Source of the DNA: Cetorhinus maximus
Lineage: Eukaryota
Length of the DNA: 64,000 nt
Assembly: GCF_964194155.1 (NCBI RefSeq)
Contig: NC_135890.1
Coordinates: 33,976,001-34,040,000 of the forward strand
Reading direction: 5' to 3'
Of the stretch, positions 1 to 14,440 are shown piece after piece. The position numbers and the translations under genes were made by a program. The notes beneath the pieces were generated by a model that saw only the letters and a program-made list of their open reading frames with translations, was not told the origin of the DNA and did no database searches. Every line of letters starts with the position of its first letter. Positions within the stretch are counted from its first letter, which is position 1.

Positions 1-1838
1 GCATTGGACTGTATGGGACAGAGGAGGAAGTAGAGTTTTACAACACAATAAATTCACACTACAGGGCCTTACACTTGATAAACCTTATTTGATTTCTTTG
101 AGGATGTCGCAGATAAGTGAACTACAAATAGGTAAGAGGTAGATTTTTAGGAAGCCTTGTAAAAATCTCCACATGAAATATTTAGAATTAATCTAAAGGC
201 CACAGCATTCAGGGAGGGATGAGGATCTAGATAAAAATGAAACTGAGTTCTCATTGGAAGTATTATATGTGCATGTGTGTCCATGCGTCCTTGTGGATGA
301 GGGGCATAGAAGTGGAAGGTGGTCAAAAAGCATCAGCACATGGACTATTGTTTTTAATCTATAAATATTGCGTAGATAAATATAAAATAGTCATTTGGTA
401 GTACAGTCTCAGAGAACTGCACTCTCCTCTCATGCAGTATAAATTATTATTCCCCCTTTACTGTTGGTAATTTCTTGCAAGTTGTCCTGGTGACTGCAAG
501 GCGTGAAGCTTTGATAGAATTTTTCAGCAATACTTAAATATACAATATTCTTTAAATATCGTGGATACTGCAAACAGCTGTAAGCCAATCAAACTTAACA
601 GGGAAAGCAGTGAATATAAAGGAATGCAGCAAAATATTGTATCAGCTGTAGAATTGGGCAGACACTTGGATCAATAAAAAGAGGAAGAAAGAAGAAGTGT
701 GATAAATAGGGTTATTTCTATCCCTCTCAGTTTTTTTGATAATGTAATATTGGAAGTGCTCTCCCCTTACCAGGATTCAACATTAAGAGTAACAGCTATT
801 TATTCAAGAATCCAATCAAGTCAAAAGAACGAGCGGCTTTGGGCTGAATTGAATGCCTCATGCCTAACAAACTTAACCTCATCAGTTTTCATCTCTCATC
901 GAACAGAGGAACGAGCATCCAGAAAGTCTACCTCTGAAGACAATGTTGGTGGTAGTTTGAAGATGACGGCCAATAAGATTCAGATATTAAAAAGGTGAAA
1001 TGACCCGCAGGACTTGAAATCGCCTGTGTTTGGATCAAAACATTATAGTCCTGTTGTTTAGATGCTCTGAAATTAAAGTTTAAACAAAGGCTTTGCAAGT
1101 CTTAGATAGAATCCTTTACCTCAATTTAAAACTTTTTAAAATTTCTAGCTATCTAGTGATTAATGTTTACTATTTAACAAATGCTACTTTAAATGGATTA
1201 GATGCACAATAAACACCTTGTGAGCACTTTAACTTGTTACCATAATATATTATTTGGATTGCTTCTGACGTTAGTGAGCTAAGAAGTCACAATTTGGTGC
1301 TTTGTCAATACCTCCTTAAAGTTCATTCATGTCATCTGCTGGCAGAAAAATGGTATTACAGGCATTTCCAAATTAAGTCTGTCCTGAACATACATTCAAT
1401 AAGGGTCTGTATCACTTCAAGTTAAAATGAGGTTATTCAATCAACTACCAGTCCTAAATTATTTCCGAAATGTCAAATAGTTGAAAGGGAGGAAAAAAGT
1501 GTATAGCAATACTTAAAAATCAATTAAAACAAGCCAAATTACTTGTGCATGAAACTAGCAATCACAAAGCAACATTTGGTGAGATCTTCAGAGCACATTA
1601 CTCACAGGACCAACTGACAGGAACAATTGGAAGTTTAGTGACTGAAAAATTGTGTTGTCCTTTGAATTTGCATAAATATCCTTAGAGTAAAGCTAACTGT
1701 ATCATCAGCATTGAAGCATTCAGCTTGTTCTTGTATATGATGCTAATGAATTCTGAACTTCTCAAATTTCTGAAAACAAAAAGAGAGAGAGAGAAAGGAA
1801 TGTACCACAATGATTTGTAATAATATAAGCATGCTTAC

Positions 1839-1949
1839 CTACACAGGCAGGTCCATCTTCATCAGTAGCAGCTTCTACCCAGCCACTTGCACATTCAGTG
1901 CAGTTCTTGCTCGATGGACCAGTACACATTTTGCAGGCAGGATGACAAG
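1839..1949 (-). CDS. CRELD2: CRELD2 coding exon 6 (furin-like Cys-rich repeat); gene continues beyond the left edge
   Basis: Minus strand cag|...|gtaagc, 111 nt. Translates (A)CHPACKMCTGPSSKNCTECASGWVEAATDEDGPACV(D), matching CRELD2 ACDESCKTCSG...CGECEVGW...GACVD. Phase is compatible with exon 5. Confidence 0.93.
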
Positions 1950-2334
1950 CTGCACAGAGTGCAAAATATTTGTTATGTAACTGACTGCAGGTCAGTTTCT
2001 TTCCTAGCTGATAAGCTACCAGCTTTGGTGCACATCTGTCTAGCTACCTTGTTGGTTTGGGTCTACAAAGATTAGCACAAGAGTTCACCACTTTTCCCAT
2101 CATGTTTGTTCAATTGGAGCTATCCTAATTTCATTTCCCTACCTTTACGCCCATTTAAAAAGAAAGATAACTAATGCTTTTCACAACCACAGGACATCCT
2201 AAAGCATTTTACAGCCAATTAAATACTTTTTGAAGAGTAGTCACTGTTGCACTCCGCCTCAATAACTAACTTCTGGTGAAACATTCCATATTCCAATAAT
2301 TCTGCGTGAAAACTCCCACTTCTAATTTTTAAAA

Positions 2335-2580
2335 AAATTTGTTCATGGGTTGTCGACATCGCTGGCTAGGCTAAGATTTATTGCCCATCCCTAACTGCCC
2401 TCGAGAGGGTGGTAGTGAGCCATCTTCTTGAACCGCTGCAGTCCATGTGGTGTAGATACACCGACAGTGCTGTTAAGAAGCGAGTTCCAGGATTCTGACC
2501 CAGTGACAGCAAAGGAACGGCGATCTATTTCCAAGTCAGGATGGTGTGTGGCTTGGAGGGGAACTTGCATGTGATAATCC
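2335..2580 (-). mobile_element. HER1-type LINE 3' fragment
   Basis: Same 3' tail (gggcaataaat..agcc..cccatgaa) as the copies at 3473, 13840 and 44230. Confidence 0.75.
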
Positions 2581-2599
2581 TCAGTCTGTAACTCATTCT

Positions 2600-3470
2600 G
2601 CAACCAATGAAAACCATCTTTTCTATTAATCTTCGTACAAATTTTCAGAATTTTGAAAACCCCCGTTAGATCCCAGCTGGATTGTCTCTGTCACAATCAA
2701 ATAGTTCCAATTATTCAAACCTTGTTCGTAACTATAAACTTCCATTACCAGCATTGTTCTAATAATTCATTGTTATCCACCCTTTACATAGTTACATAGT
2801 ATTAGCCAGAACAGAAGCAGCCCATTCAGCCCAAAAGGTTCATGTTGGTGTTTGCACGACACAACAACCTCCTTCCAAACCCTCTTCATCCAATGCTATC
2901 AACATATACTTCTATTCCTTTCTCCCTTGTGTATTTATCCAGTTCCCTCTTAAGTCCATCTACACTAATCGCCTCAATTAGTCCTTGTGGTGCAATATTG
3001 AGTTCCACATTATAAGCAGTCTTTCAGTAAAGAGGCTGCTCCTGAATTCCCCATTGGATTTATTGGTGACTATCTTATATTTATGGCCCTGATGTTAGTC
3101 TCTACCGCAAGTTTATTTTTGTGTCTCTCCTATGAAACCCTTTCATAATCTTTTAGACTGTCAGGTCACCCCTCAGTTTCCTGATGGGATAATCTTTTAG
3201 CTTTATTATCCTAACAAATCCTTTATGCGCCTTCCAGAGTGTCTCTATATCCTTTATATAATATGGAAATCAGAACTCTGCACAGTACATAAGTGAGATC
3301 TAATCAATATTCCCTCCAAGTTTAACATAACCTCTCTACTTTTCCACTCTATTTCTCTAGAAATGAATCCCAGTGCTTTATTTGTAACCTTTAGTGTTTA
3401 ATGTATCTGCAAACCCAGATCCCTCTGCTCCTATAACCGATTAAGAGATTTATTCTCCAAGGTGTATGCT
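2600..3470 (-). mobile_element. Old CR1-like LINE fragments, interrupted by the younger LINE and resuming at ~6385-6640
   Basis: Reverse complement of the CR1 RT 3' region (gtcacccctcag, cagaactctgcacagta). Confidence 0.6.
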
Positions 3471-3472
3471 TT

Positions 3473-6380
3473 TTAAAAAATGTACTCTTTCATGGCATGC
3501 ATGCAACACTGGCTAGGCCAGCATTTATTGCCCGTCCTTAATTGCCCTGAGGTGGTGGTGGTGAGCTGCCTTTTGAACCACTGCAGTCCATGTGGTGTAG
3601 GTACACTCACAGCACTGTTAGGAAAGGAGTTCCAGGATTTTGCCCCAGCGACAGTGAAGGAACAGCAATATAATTCCAAGTCAGGGTGATGTGTGGCTTG
3701 GGAGAGAAATTTGCAGGCGGTGGTGTTCCCATATGTCTGTTGCCCTTGTTCCTCTAGGTGGTAGAGGTCACGGGTTTGGAAGGTGCCATCAAAGGAGCCT
3801 TAGTGAATTGCTCCAGTGTAGATGGTACACACAGCTGCTACTGTGCGTCGGTGGTGGAGGGAGTGAATGTTGAAGGTACTGGATGGGGTGTCAATTAAGT
3901 GGGATGCTTTGCCTTGGATGGTGCTGAGCTTCTTGAGTGTTGTTACGGCCACACTCGTCCAGGCAAGTGGAGAGTGCTCCAGTACACTCCTGACTTGTGC
4001 CTTGTAGATTGTGGACATCCTTTGGAGAATCAGGAGGTGAGTTACTCGTCACAGAATTCCTAGCCTCTGACCTGTTCTTGTAGTCACAGTATTTATATGG
4101 CTGGTCCAGTTCAGTTTCTGGTCAATGGTAACCCCCCCCATGATATAGATAGTGGGGATTTCAGCAATGGTGATGCCATGAACGTCAAGGGAAGATGGTT
4201 AGATTCTCTCTTGGTGGAGATGGTCATTGCCTGCGTGAACGTTACTTGCCATTTATCAGGTCAAGCCTGAATGTTGCCCAGGTCTTGCCCCATATAGACA
4301 CAGACTGCTTCAGTATCTGAGATGCCGTAAATGGTACTGAACGTTGTGTAATCATTAGTGAACATCCTCACTTCTGACCTTATGACAACGAGAAGGTCAC
4401 TGATAAAGTAGCTGAAGATAGTTGGGCTAGGACACAGCCCTGAGAAACTCCTGCAGCAGTGTCCGGGGGCAGAGATGACTGACCTCCAACTACCACAACC
4501 ATTTCCCTTTGTGCTAGGTATGACTGCAACCAGTGGAGAGCATTCCCATGATTCCCACTGACTTCAATTTTGCTAGGGCTCCTTGATGCCACACTCAGTC
4601 AAATGCTGCCTTGATGTCAAAGGCTGTCAATCTCATCACATCTCTGGAGTTCAACTCTTTTGTCCTTGTTTGGACTAAGGTTGTCATGAGGTCAGGAGCT
4701 GAGTAGTCTTGACAGAATCAAACTAAGCGTCAGTAAAATTATTGCTAAGCAAGTGCTGCTTGATAACACTGTCATTGACCCCTTCCATCGCTTCACTGAT
4801 GACTGGAAGGAGGCTGATGAGGCGGTTATTGGCCGGATTGAATTCAGCTTGCGTTTTGTGCACAGGGCGTATCCAAGCAATTTCCCACATTGTTGGGTAA
4901 TACCAGTGTTGTAGTTGTACTGCAACAACTTGCCTAGGGGTGCAGCTAGTTCAGGAGCACAAGTCTTAAGTACTATTTCCGGAATGTTGCCGAGGCCTAT
5001 ATCCAATGCCTTCAGCCGTTTCTTGATATCACATGGATTGAATTGAACTGGCTGAAGACTGGCATCCATTGGTGCTGGGGAGCTCAGGAGTCGGCTGAGA
5101 AGGATCATCCACTCCACTTCTGGCTGATGAAGATTGCAAATGCTTCAGCCTTGTCTTTTGCAGTGATGTGCTGGGCTCCCCCATCATTGAGGATTGGGGA
5201 TATTTGTGGAGCCTTCTCCTCTAGTTAATTGTTTAATTGTCCACCACATTCATGCCTGGATGTGGCAGGAATGCAGAGCATAACTTGTATCCGTTGATTG
5301 TGGGATTACTTAGTTCTGCTTATTGTATGCTGCTTCCGCTGTTTGGTATGCAAGTAGTGCTCTGCTATAGCTTCAGTAGGTTGATACCTTAATTTTAGGT
5401 ATGCCTGGTGCTGCTCCTGGCATGTCATCCCTGCACTCTTCATTGAACCAGGGTTGATCCCCTGGCTTTATGGTAATGGGATATGCTGGGCCATGAGGTA
5501 CAGACTGTGGTTGAATACACTTCTGCTGCTGCTGATAGCCCACAGTGCCTTATGGATGCCCAGTTTTGAGTTGCTATATCTGTTTGAAATCTATCCTATT
5601 TAGTACGGTGGTAGTGCCACGCAATACGATGGAGGGTATCCTCAATATGAAAACAGGACTTCGTCTCCATCAGGACTGTGCGGTGGTCACTCCTGCCAAT
5701 ACCATTATGGACATATGCATCCTTGGCAAGTAGATTGGTGAGGACGAGATCAAGTAGGCTTTTTCCCTCTTGTTGGTTCCTTCACCACCTGTCGCAGACC
5801 AAGTCTAGCAGCTATGTCCTTCAGGACTTTGCCAGCTTGATCAACAGTGGTGCTACCGAGTCACTCTTGGTGATGTACATTGAAGTCCCCCAGTTAATTC
5901 TGTGCCCTTACCACTCTCAATCCTTCCTCCAAGTGATGTTCAATATGGAAGAGTCCTCTTTTATCTGCGGGGGTGCAGCGCAGTAGGTGGTAATCAGCAG
6001 GAGGTTTCCTTGTTCATGTTTGACCTGATGCCATGAGAACTAATGGGGTCCTGGCTCAATGCTGGGGACTCCCAGGGCAAATCCCTGCCGACCGTATACC
6101 ACTCTGCCGACACCTTTGCTGGGTCTGTCCTACCAGTGGGACAGGGCATACCCAGGGATGTTGATGGTTGTGTCTCAGTTATTGTATGTAAGATTTGATT
6201 TGGTGAGTATGACTTTGTCAGACTGTTGCTTGACTATTCTGTGAGACAGCTCTCCTAATTTTGGCACTAACCCCCAGATATTAGTGAGAAGAACTTTGCA
6301 AGGTCAACAGGGCTGGGTGTGCATTGTCATTTCTGGTGCCTAGATTGATGCCGGGTGTTCTGTCCGACGACATCTTATTC
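3473..6380 (-). mobile_element. HER1-type (CR1-group) LINE, ~2.9 kb, degenerate ORF2
   Basis: ORF fragments NIPEIVLKTCAPELAAPLGKL, STIYKAQVRSVLEHSPLAW, AGAKSWNSF; 3' tail at ~3480-3540. Confidence 0.88.
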
Positions 6381-8229
6381 TTCCTAGCAAAATGCAGCAC
6401 CTCAAACTTATCTATACTGAGGTTTCCTTGCTGATTACATGCCCATTCTACAAGCTTATTATTGTCTTCCTATATTTTGTTGCAGTCCTCCTCTGTATTA
6501 ACTACAGTTTCCTCCAATTTGGCACCAACCACAAATTTTGAAATTGTATTTCCAATTCCAGAGTCTAAATAGTTTATGCCGTGGTCCCAGCACTGATCTT
6601 TAGGAACATCACTTCTCACCTTTGCCAGCCTACATTTAACCCTAGGGCCTGATTTTAGCTATCAAGGTAGGTAGCTTGAGTCAGGAAATTTTCCGACTTG
6701 CCAGTGTCACCTCAGTAAAAAGAACCACGAATCACAAGATTTTCACTCCAGGGGTGCGGGTGCAGGATGGTGTAGGGCATGCCTATGCTAGGAAGGCACG
6801 GGGATGAGCTGATTAGAAGGCCTGCTTCTGTTCACTGGGACTTCGGTCCAGTTGTTTTAGGAGATTTCAGACCCTCTAGCCCTCACCCTTTACAGCCCCT
6901 CACCCCTCTACCCATTCTCGAACCCCCATGCAAGCCAATGCCAACTCATCCAGTATCCACAATGGGCAGGCCTCAGGCACCATGTGGAGATGAAATAAAA
7001 TAAACTTTTAAAAATCTATGAGAATTCTCACTCTACAGACTTGCTAGTGAAAACTCCTATTCGTGAAGTCCATTCAAAGTTTTTAAGAACATAAGAAATA
7101 GAGGAGTAGGCCATTCAGCCCTTCGAGCCCACTCCACCATTCAATAAGATCATGACTGATCTTCTACTTCAACACCATTTTCCTGCACTAACCCCATATC
7201 CCTTGATGTTTATAAATAAAATTTTAAATCTAAAGTGGTTAATCTCTTATAAAAACAAACTTCTTTTCACGCCCCACCTCAAAAACAGCTAATATTTTAA
7301 TTGACTAAGCTGTCAATCGAACTGTGAGCAACCCCTCCCCAGAGATAGCTGTAGCTTTTGAAACTCAGCCAAGCTTTCATAATGATATAATATCTAATAA
7401 TAGCCTTTGGGGAAATGTCAACAAAGTACTCTATTGAAACTGCACAAACAGATGCTATACCAGCTGGCCTGTCAATCAAAGCAATCCAGCAGAGGTTCTT
7501 TTTCAACAATCACTGACAGCTGCAGCCAGTTTTTTTTAAACATTTAAAGAGCAGCACCTTTAAAAAAGCCTTCAGATCATGACATTTAAACAGACCTTAT
7601 CCACTCTTCAAGAGCATTTATGTCTGCTCTATCAATTCATGTCTCCCACCCTTGCAACAGCCAATATGCAGTCTGTTTGACCTCAGGACCGAGTTCAAAT
7701 GGCCCTGCTGAGTTTGGGTTTCCCCCACGTGTGAATCACGCCCCATCACCTTTCTCCGCCTGCAAAAATTGGATCCGTTGGAAATGGGGGTGGGGCTTCC
7801 ACATCTTCACCCCACCCAGTTTTTTTAAAGGTCCGTAGAGTCTTCCCGATTTGCGAATATCCGGCAACCACTCTGTTTCCTGTTTCGTAGACAGCTTGGC
7901 TATTTATTCTGCTTCTTGTGCCTTGACTCGACATACTCTGACCTTGGCCATGCTCCTACTTTATCAAAGGCCTTTTGAAAATGCCCTCCCATGACTCTGA
8001 TACTCTTCCCATAATGGAGTGCCCAGAACTATATGTAATATTTCAACTCTAGCCTAACTGATGTCTGATATAAATTCAACATGATTTCCTTATTTTTATA
8101 TTCAGTACCCCAATGTATAAAACTCAGGAGTTAATTTGCCCGTGTGACCTTTCTACCTGCAATTCATGTTACAAAATTCTATACCTCCCCATACCCCAAA
8201 TCTCTTTACCGCTGTCCTTCTTCAGAAGG

Positions 8230-8600
8230 CTGTGGCTATTAATTCCCATTCCAGAGACTTGAACTCAAACTCTAGGCCGACACTCCACCACAGTAATGAT
8301 GGAGATGTTAAACTGAGACCTGGTCTGCTCTCTCAAGTGAGCATAAAAGATCCCATGACACTATTTTTAAGTAGAGCAGAGGAGTTATTCCTTTTATCGT
8401 GACCAATATGTATCCATCAAACATCACAAAAAGATCATATGGTTGTTATCACATTGCTGTCCATGGGATCCTGCTGTTTGTAAATTGGGTCCAACCTTTC
8501 CTACATTACAGTGACAATTCAAAAGTATTTAAAAATTGACTGCAAACTGCTTTGGAGCATCCTGAGGTCATGAAAAGTGCTGCATAAATGCAAGTCTGTC
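8230..8600 (+). mobile_element. SacSINE1-like (Deu-domain) SINE; further copies at ~2160-2250, 9270-9450, 19260-19420, 23490-23770, 26690-26980, 61870-62170
   Basis: taaaagatcccatg..cactattt..agagcag core and cctgaggtcatgaaa..gct..ataaatgcaag tail. Confidence 0.7.
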
Positions 8601-9468
8601 TTCCTTTTCCTGCACTCTATTCAGTATCCCACCTCTTAGAGGTACCTCTTTTCAGTTGACTTTCCCCAAAATGTACTCTGCTTTGAATTATGTCTACCAC
8701 CTGCCTGTCCGCTCTGCAAAATTGCCTTGCTTGCATTTTCCTGCACAGGTATGTGCCTAACCAACTTCTTGGTATCTCTAACACTACCCCAAGTCACCTT
8801 TAGGGAAATGTAGCATTGGAGTCAAGAGCACAGACGGGTACTGCGCCAAAAGGGGAACAGAGGTTTTAGGCCAGAGCACAGGCTTGCCCAGCATTGAGTA
8901 TGAAAGGTCAGTTAAAGCATTCATACTTCTCCAAAGTAAAGCAAAGAAGCAACATCAGCACTGAATGTCAGAAGGTTCATTGCTCCCATACTGAGCAACT
9001 CTGGACCTTTTATAACCGCTTCCTCACCTGGAAAGTCACACAAAACTTCAAAATTTGAAGAAAGCACAAGATTTTTTTCTGAAATGAAGCTCCAAAATGA
9101 ATTGAAGCAAAAGCATTTTCCTCACAATGTGGGAATTAAGTATTAATCTTTTCCTTTTAGGAAAGGTGAACCACAACCTTGAGTTGCTTTTTACTGATTG
9201 TATCAAATGGGTAACTGCTGGTTACTATTTAATTAATATCTTCAGTCCCAATCATAGTGGCATCAACTACGCTACGAAAACAAATTAACTGGTCATTATT
9301 TCATTGCAGCTTGTGGGACCTTGTATTGTACAAATTGGCTCCATGTTTGTTCATGTATCAAGTAACAACAAATCAACAAGTAATCAATTGGCTGAACCAC
9401 TTTGGAATACTCTGACAATGCAAAAGAACTAACTAAAGGGACTTTCATTTTCAAGTCAAAAAACTTAC

Positions 9469-9645
9469 CTGTGCAGAGTGAATGGGTTTCATTCTGGAAT
9501 TCGCTGTAGTAGCCGTCTGCACAGGCTAGACATTCTTCTCCTTTGTATTCCTTGGTGCAGCTGCAAGAGCCATCACCAGTCCGTGTGCCATCACCAGCGC
9601 ATGAACCACGCCCATTGCAGGGTCTATCTGCACCACCAGGACATC
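9469..9645 (-). CDS. CRELD2: CRELD2 coding exon 5 (EGF-like)
   Basis: tttag|...|gtaagt, 177 nt; [59 protein letters not shown]. Confidence 0.95.
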
Positions 9646-11454
9646 CTAAAATAATACAGTTTAATAGACATAACTAACTACTTTAGAAATACAGGTCTGA
9701 ATGTAATCCCAGGACATTTGGCATAATTTTAATCTTTCCTCAAAGGAAATGATGCAGAATGGAGTAATGTTCCACAGATCGTGACAAACCTCTAGTACCT
9801 CATCCTACTGACTACACTATGTGAACCTGTAAGAGGAGTGATGGCAACTTATTTGACAGTGGGAGACATTAAACTGAACTTGATCCTCACATCAGATGCA
9901 GTTACCAGCAATGGCCACTAGATAGCAGTCAAAAGCAGAAACACAGGTTATTGACCATGCACACAGAAACCAACTATACTAGGCTCCCTTTGCTATCCCA
10001 GCTGAAGTCAGCTTAGCCATAGCACTCAAAACTACAACACACTGCGCGTATCCATGGAGCTATCAGGAAGACTCATTCAAGTCCTATCTAGAGGGCACAG
10101 AACCGCTTCACAGTAAAACTCAAAACATCCACTGTGCTTGCACGGACAGGAAAAACACAAATATTTTTGGTCAAATTCTCATTTTACTGACATTTCTGAA
10201 GTTGCAGCAAATACGAAATTATACAGGGTAATTTAGGCCATAAACATAGTTTCCATGTCAAAATGTTGATATTTCAGTTATGTTTCAGTTGTGCAGGTTG
10301 TTAGCAGTGTGCTATTAATGATTCTAAACGGACTAAAAGAACGAAGAAACAGCTCCATTGATGGCTCATTAGGCAAAGTGTGGTATTTGAGCATACAGAT
10401 CAGAATATCTCGGGTTTAATGCACAGCCTGTTGAGGTAGCTGATCCGACCGCAATAGGGTGTGCTTCATTTGGCATCGGTGCCTCTTAGGTCAGAAGAGG
10501 AGGGAAGGCACTGATGCTAACCACTATCAGCTGACCCCTGCATTTGCATACTGCCAAGATGGTCAAACAGCCAAGCTGACACTCATTTTGAGTCTTATAC
10601 CTGAAAACATAGCCAGTTGGATGAGGTACTGAGGGCAGCCAACATCAGTGAAACCGTACCCCAACATGAAGCACAGCCCCCTGGGGAGGATGCAATAAAA
10701 TTGGAAGCAAGAGAAAAATAAAATTCGTAATAACTATGGAGGCTGGTCACATGCTATGGAAAAGACAATACAGCAAAAAGAAACTCCCACTCCAGTCATG
10801 TCAGTCCGTCTGCTCCAATTAGTTCAATAGTGAGAACTGTGGTCAGCTTTTATTTATTCAGGGTGTAGGTACTTGACCCATAACTCCATTTTAAAGTCTA
10901 CTCGCTTTCAATGATGTTGGAAGTGATCTTCATACTATTTACATCAAAAGCATGCTTTACGTCAAGATGTTTTACCAGCTGGCCATTCTGTAGCTGTTTA
11001 CCAGATTTGAGCATTATATTAGAAATGGATTGAGGAAAAAGTAGGCATAATTACAGAAAAGAGACTGAAAAGCGTCCATTAATTTGAAGAAAAAAAAAAC
11101 AACCATTCAATTGTCAAGAGGAATTTTACTCTCAAGATTTTTACTGAACCCTCATTTGGCTGCCTAAAGCATTAAATTGTTACTGACTGAATGTGACTGC
11201 TCTATTGTTGCCTTAAATAACATATGGTCTTTACTTTGACTGAGTACTGTGTTTTCCAGTCAGCATCATGCTTTGCACATAACTCAAGATAATCAAAGGG
11301 CTCTTGGTAACATTATTATACAAAAGGATCCACTAAACTATTCAAGAGAGGTCAATTAATGCATTAACACTGTAAAAGAAGTCTCTTGTTAAAGATGCAT
11401 ATATCATGTTATATACGACGACATTCATAATGTTCACAAAAGGGATTACAGTAC

Positions 11455-11546
11455 CAATACAGTCTGCACCAAAGGTCCCAGCAGGACAGCAAACTTTAAT
11501 TGTATCCACACAGAACCAGAGGAAGAAATTAGGATGAGTTTTCTGC
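11455..11546 (-). CDS. CRELD2: CRELD2 coding exon 4
   Basis: ttgcag|...|gtactg, 92 nt; QKTHPNFFLWFCVDTIKVCCPAGTFGADCI (cf. PDLFEWFCVKTLKVCCSPGTYGPDCL). Confidence 0.94.
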
Positions 11547-12390
11547 CTGCAATTAAAAAGAATGATTTTAAATGTACCTGAGTATCCAAATTTGAATGCA
11601 ACGCAAACTGATCACCTAATAGAATGTTACAGCACAAACGGGAGCTTTTCGGCCCATTGAGCCTATACCAACTTTAAAGAGCTGTCCAATTCATTCCATT
11701 CTTTCCACACTGCTCTACAATTTGTTCCTTTTTAAATACATATCCAAGTTCTTTTTGAAAGTTGTTTTCTGGTGAACACTCTAAACCCCTGAAGCGATTA
11801 CAATACAATCATTAGTCCTTCAGTGAAAACATTATCAGGCATTAAATATAGAAGTTGATAATGGTCATTAGAATAAACCATAACTCCATTTTGAACTAAT
11901 CCTGGACACAAATAAAAGAGCACATGATTTAACATGATGCTGATAATTTTAATTACATTGATTTGGAGGAATTAATTTATTTCTGACATGGTTTTGGAAT
12001 CAGTTCTGATTTGCAGGCATATTTAGTAACTGGTCCACTCTGAATCCAAGGGATAGACTAGAGATCAGCACAATTGTTAAAAAGGAATTTCCAAGGACTT
12101 ACAAAGGCATAGTCTTTGTACGGCAAAGAACAAAGTGATAAGGAAGAGGTAGCTATTGCCGGAGTTCCTGAGGGCAGAAGTGTCATGGCTGTACATGCAA
12201 CCAATACTGAAAGGAAGGGGAGAAAGTCGGTAGAGTGCAGAATCAGGGAATGTTTTATCATGGGAGGAACAGAATGTGCAGGAACACAAGAAAATGTTAC
12301 AAACTCAAAAAATAATGAAATGTTGGATTTATTGTTATGTCATAGGTTTAGTAATAAAGAGAAAACAATTTAGCTTTAAAAGATACTTAC

Positions 12391-12501
12391 ATTGTGAACC
12401 ACCAGCGCTCAATATACTCCTCATTGGTTTCCACCATGAGATTACATTCAAACTCCGAATTCTCGCACAGGGACTCAACGATTTCCACGAGACGAGTCTC
12501 A
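12391..12501 (-). CDS. CRELD2: CRELD2 coding exon 3 (WE domain)
   Basis: atttag|...|gtaagt, 111 nt; ETRLVEIVESLCENSEFECNLMVETNEEYIERWWFT. Confidence 0.95.
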
Positions 12502-12869
12502 CTAAATTAAAAAGAACAGTTAAGAGCAAAAAATTCAAATTCTACAATACTACCCAATTAAAAATCCTCCCAACTCTTATTTTACTGAGCAGCATTTCAG
12601 AATGTATACTATTCTTTACATAAATTGATAGAATAGCTACAAATAAGCAAAATACATTATGAATCATCATTTCACACAAGTATATGTAATAACTGCTTTT
12701 GTTTTTCATGTGCCCTCATTGACAGGAGCTCAATTTGCCATTAGCCAGATGCCAAATGAAATTAATACAACTCATTGGAAAAAAACATGGCTTCTCATGT
12801 AGCACAATACATAAAACTCACTTCAACAATAACTTGTATTTAAAAGCTCCCTATTTACATAGCTTCCTT

Positions 12870-13845
12870 AGGGTAGTGTCCTAGGTCCAACCATCTTCAG
12901 CTGTTTCATCAATGACCTTCCTTCCATAAGGTCAGGAGTGAGGATGTTCACTGATGTTTGCACAATGTTCAGCACCATTTGCTGCGACTCAGATACTGAA
13001 GTGGTCCATGTCTAAATGCAGCCAGACCTGGACAATATCCAGGCTTGGGCTGACAAGTGCCAAGTAACATTTGCCCCGCACAAGTGTCAGGCAATGACCT
13101 TCTCCAACAAGAGAGGATCTAACCATAGTCCCTTGACATTCAATGGCATTACCATCGCAGAATCCCCCACTATCAACATCCTGGGGTTTACCATTGACCA
13201 GAAACAGAACTGGGCTAATCATATAAATACTGTGGCTACAAGAGCAGATCAAAGGCTAGGAATCCTGCAGCGAGTAACTCACCTCCTGTCTCCTCAAAGC
13301 CTGTCCACCATCTACAAGGCACAAGTGAGGAATGCGATGGAATACTCTCCACTTGCCTGGATGAGCACAGCTCCATCAACACTCAAGAAGCTTGACACCA
13401 TCCAGGACAAAGCAGCCCACTTGATTGGCACCACATCCACAAATATTCACTCCTTCCACCACCGACACACAGTAGCAGCAGTGTGTACCACCTACAAGAT
13501 GCACTGCAGGAACTCACCAAGCCTCCTTAGACAGCACCTTCCAAACCCACGATCAGTATTACCTAGAAGGACAGGGGTAGCAGAAAGATGGGAACATCAC
13601 CACCTGGAAGTTCCCTTCCAAGCCACCCACCATTCTGACTTGGAAACATATTGTTGTTCCTTCACCATTGCTGGGTCAAAATCCTGGAACTCTTTCCTAA
13701 CAGCACTGTGTATACACTTACACCACAGGGACTGCAGCAGTTCAAAAACGCTGCTCACCACCACCTTCTCAAGGGCAATTTGGGATGTGCAATAAATGCT
13801 GGCCTAGCTACCGATACCCACATCCCATGAATGAATAAAAAGAAA
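12870..13845 (+). mobile_element. HER1-type LINE, 5'-truncated; RT C-terminal ORF (259 aa)
   Basis: ORF 13016-13795 MQPDLDNIQAWADKCQVTFAPHKCQ; 3' tail catcccatgaatgaataaaa. Confidence 0.9.
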
Positions 13846-13849
13846 TAAT

Positions 13850-14440
13850 AAAATAAAATGTCACAAGGCATTTCACAGGGCCATTATAAAACAAAATATG
13901 ACACTGAGCCACATAAGGGAATATTAAGGCAAATGACAAAAAGCTTGGTCAATGAAGTAGGTTTTAATGAGTGTCTTAAAGGAGGGAAACAAGGTCGAGA
14001 TCGGAGAGGTTTAGGGAGGGATTCCAGCTGAAGGCACATCCAACAATGGAGGAGCGATTAAAATCAGGGATGCTTTAACAGGCTGGTATTAGAGTGCAGA
14101 TACCTCGGAAGGCTTTGGGCTGGAGGAAATAACACAGATCGGGGAGCAAAACCATGGAGGGATTTGAAAACAAGGGCAAGCATTTTAAAATCGAGTTGTT
14201 GCTTTCATGGGAACCAATGTGGGTTAGCAAACACAGGGGTGATGAGCGAACAGGATCTAGTACAGGTAAGAAAACGGGCAGCAAAGTTCTGGATGACCTC
14301 AAGTTCACAGAAGGTAGAACGTGGGAGGCCAGGAGTGTGATGGATTTGTGGGTGAAACCTCAACTCTGGGTCAAATGTAAGTGGATTTGAGGGAGGACCA
14401 AAGACAATGGCTTCAGTTTTCCCAATTCTTAATATCAAAG
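13850..14440 (-). mobile_element. L2-like LINE 3' fragment; an older plus-strand L2-like fragment lies at ~14750-15510
   Basis: Translation LRIGKTEAIVFG...IQNFAARFLT...ITPVFANPHW. Confidence 0.7.

Noticed and set aside
699-998. 99-aa ORF
   Set aside because: GTG start, antisense within a CRELD2 intron, no recognisable homology.
13016-13795. 259-aa ORF as a host gene
   Set aside because: It is the RT C-terminus of a multi-copy HER1-type LINE.
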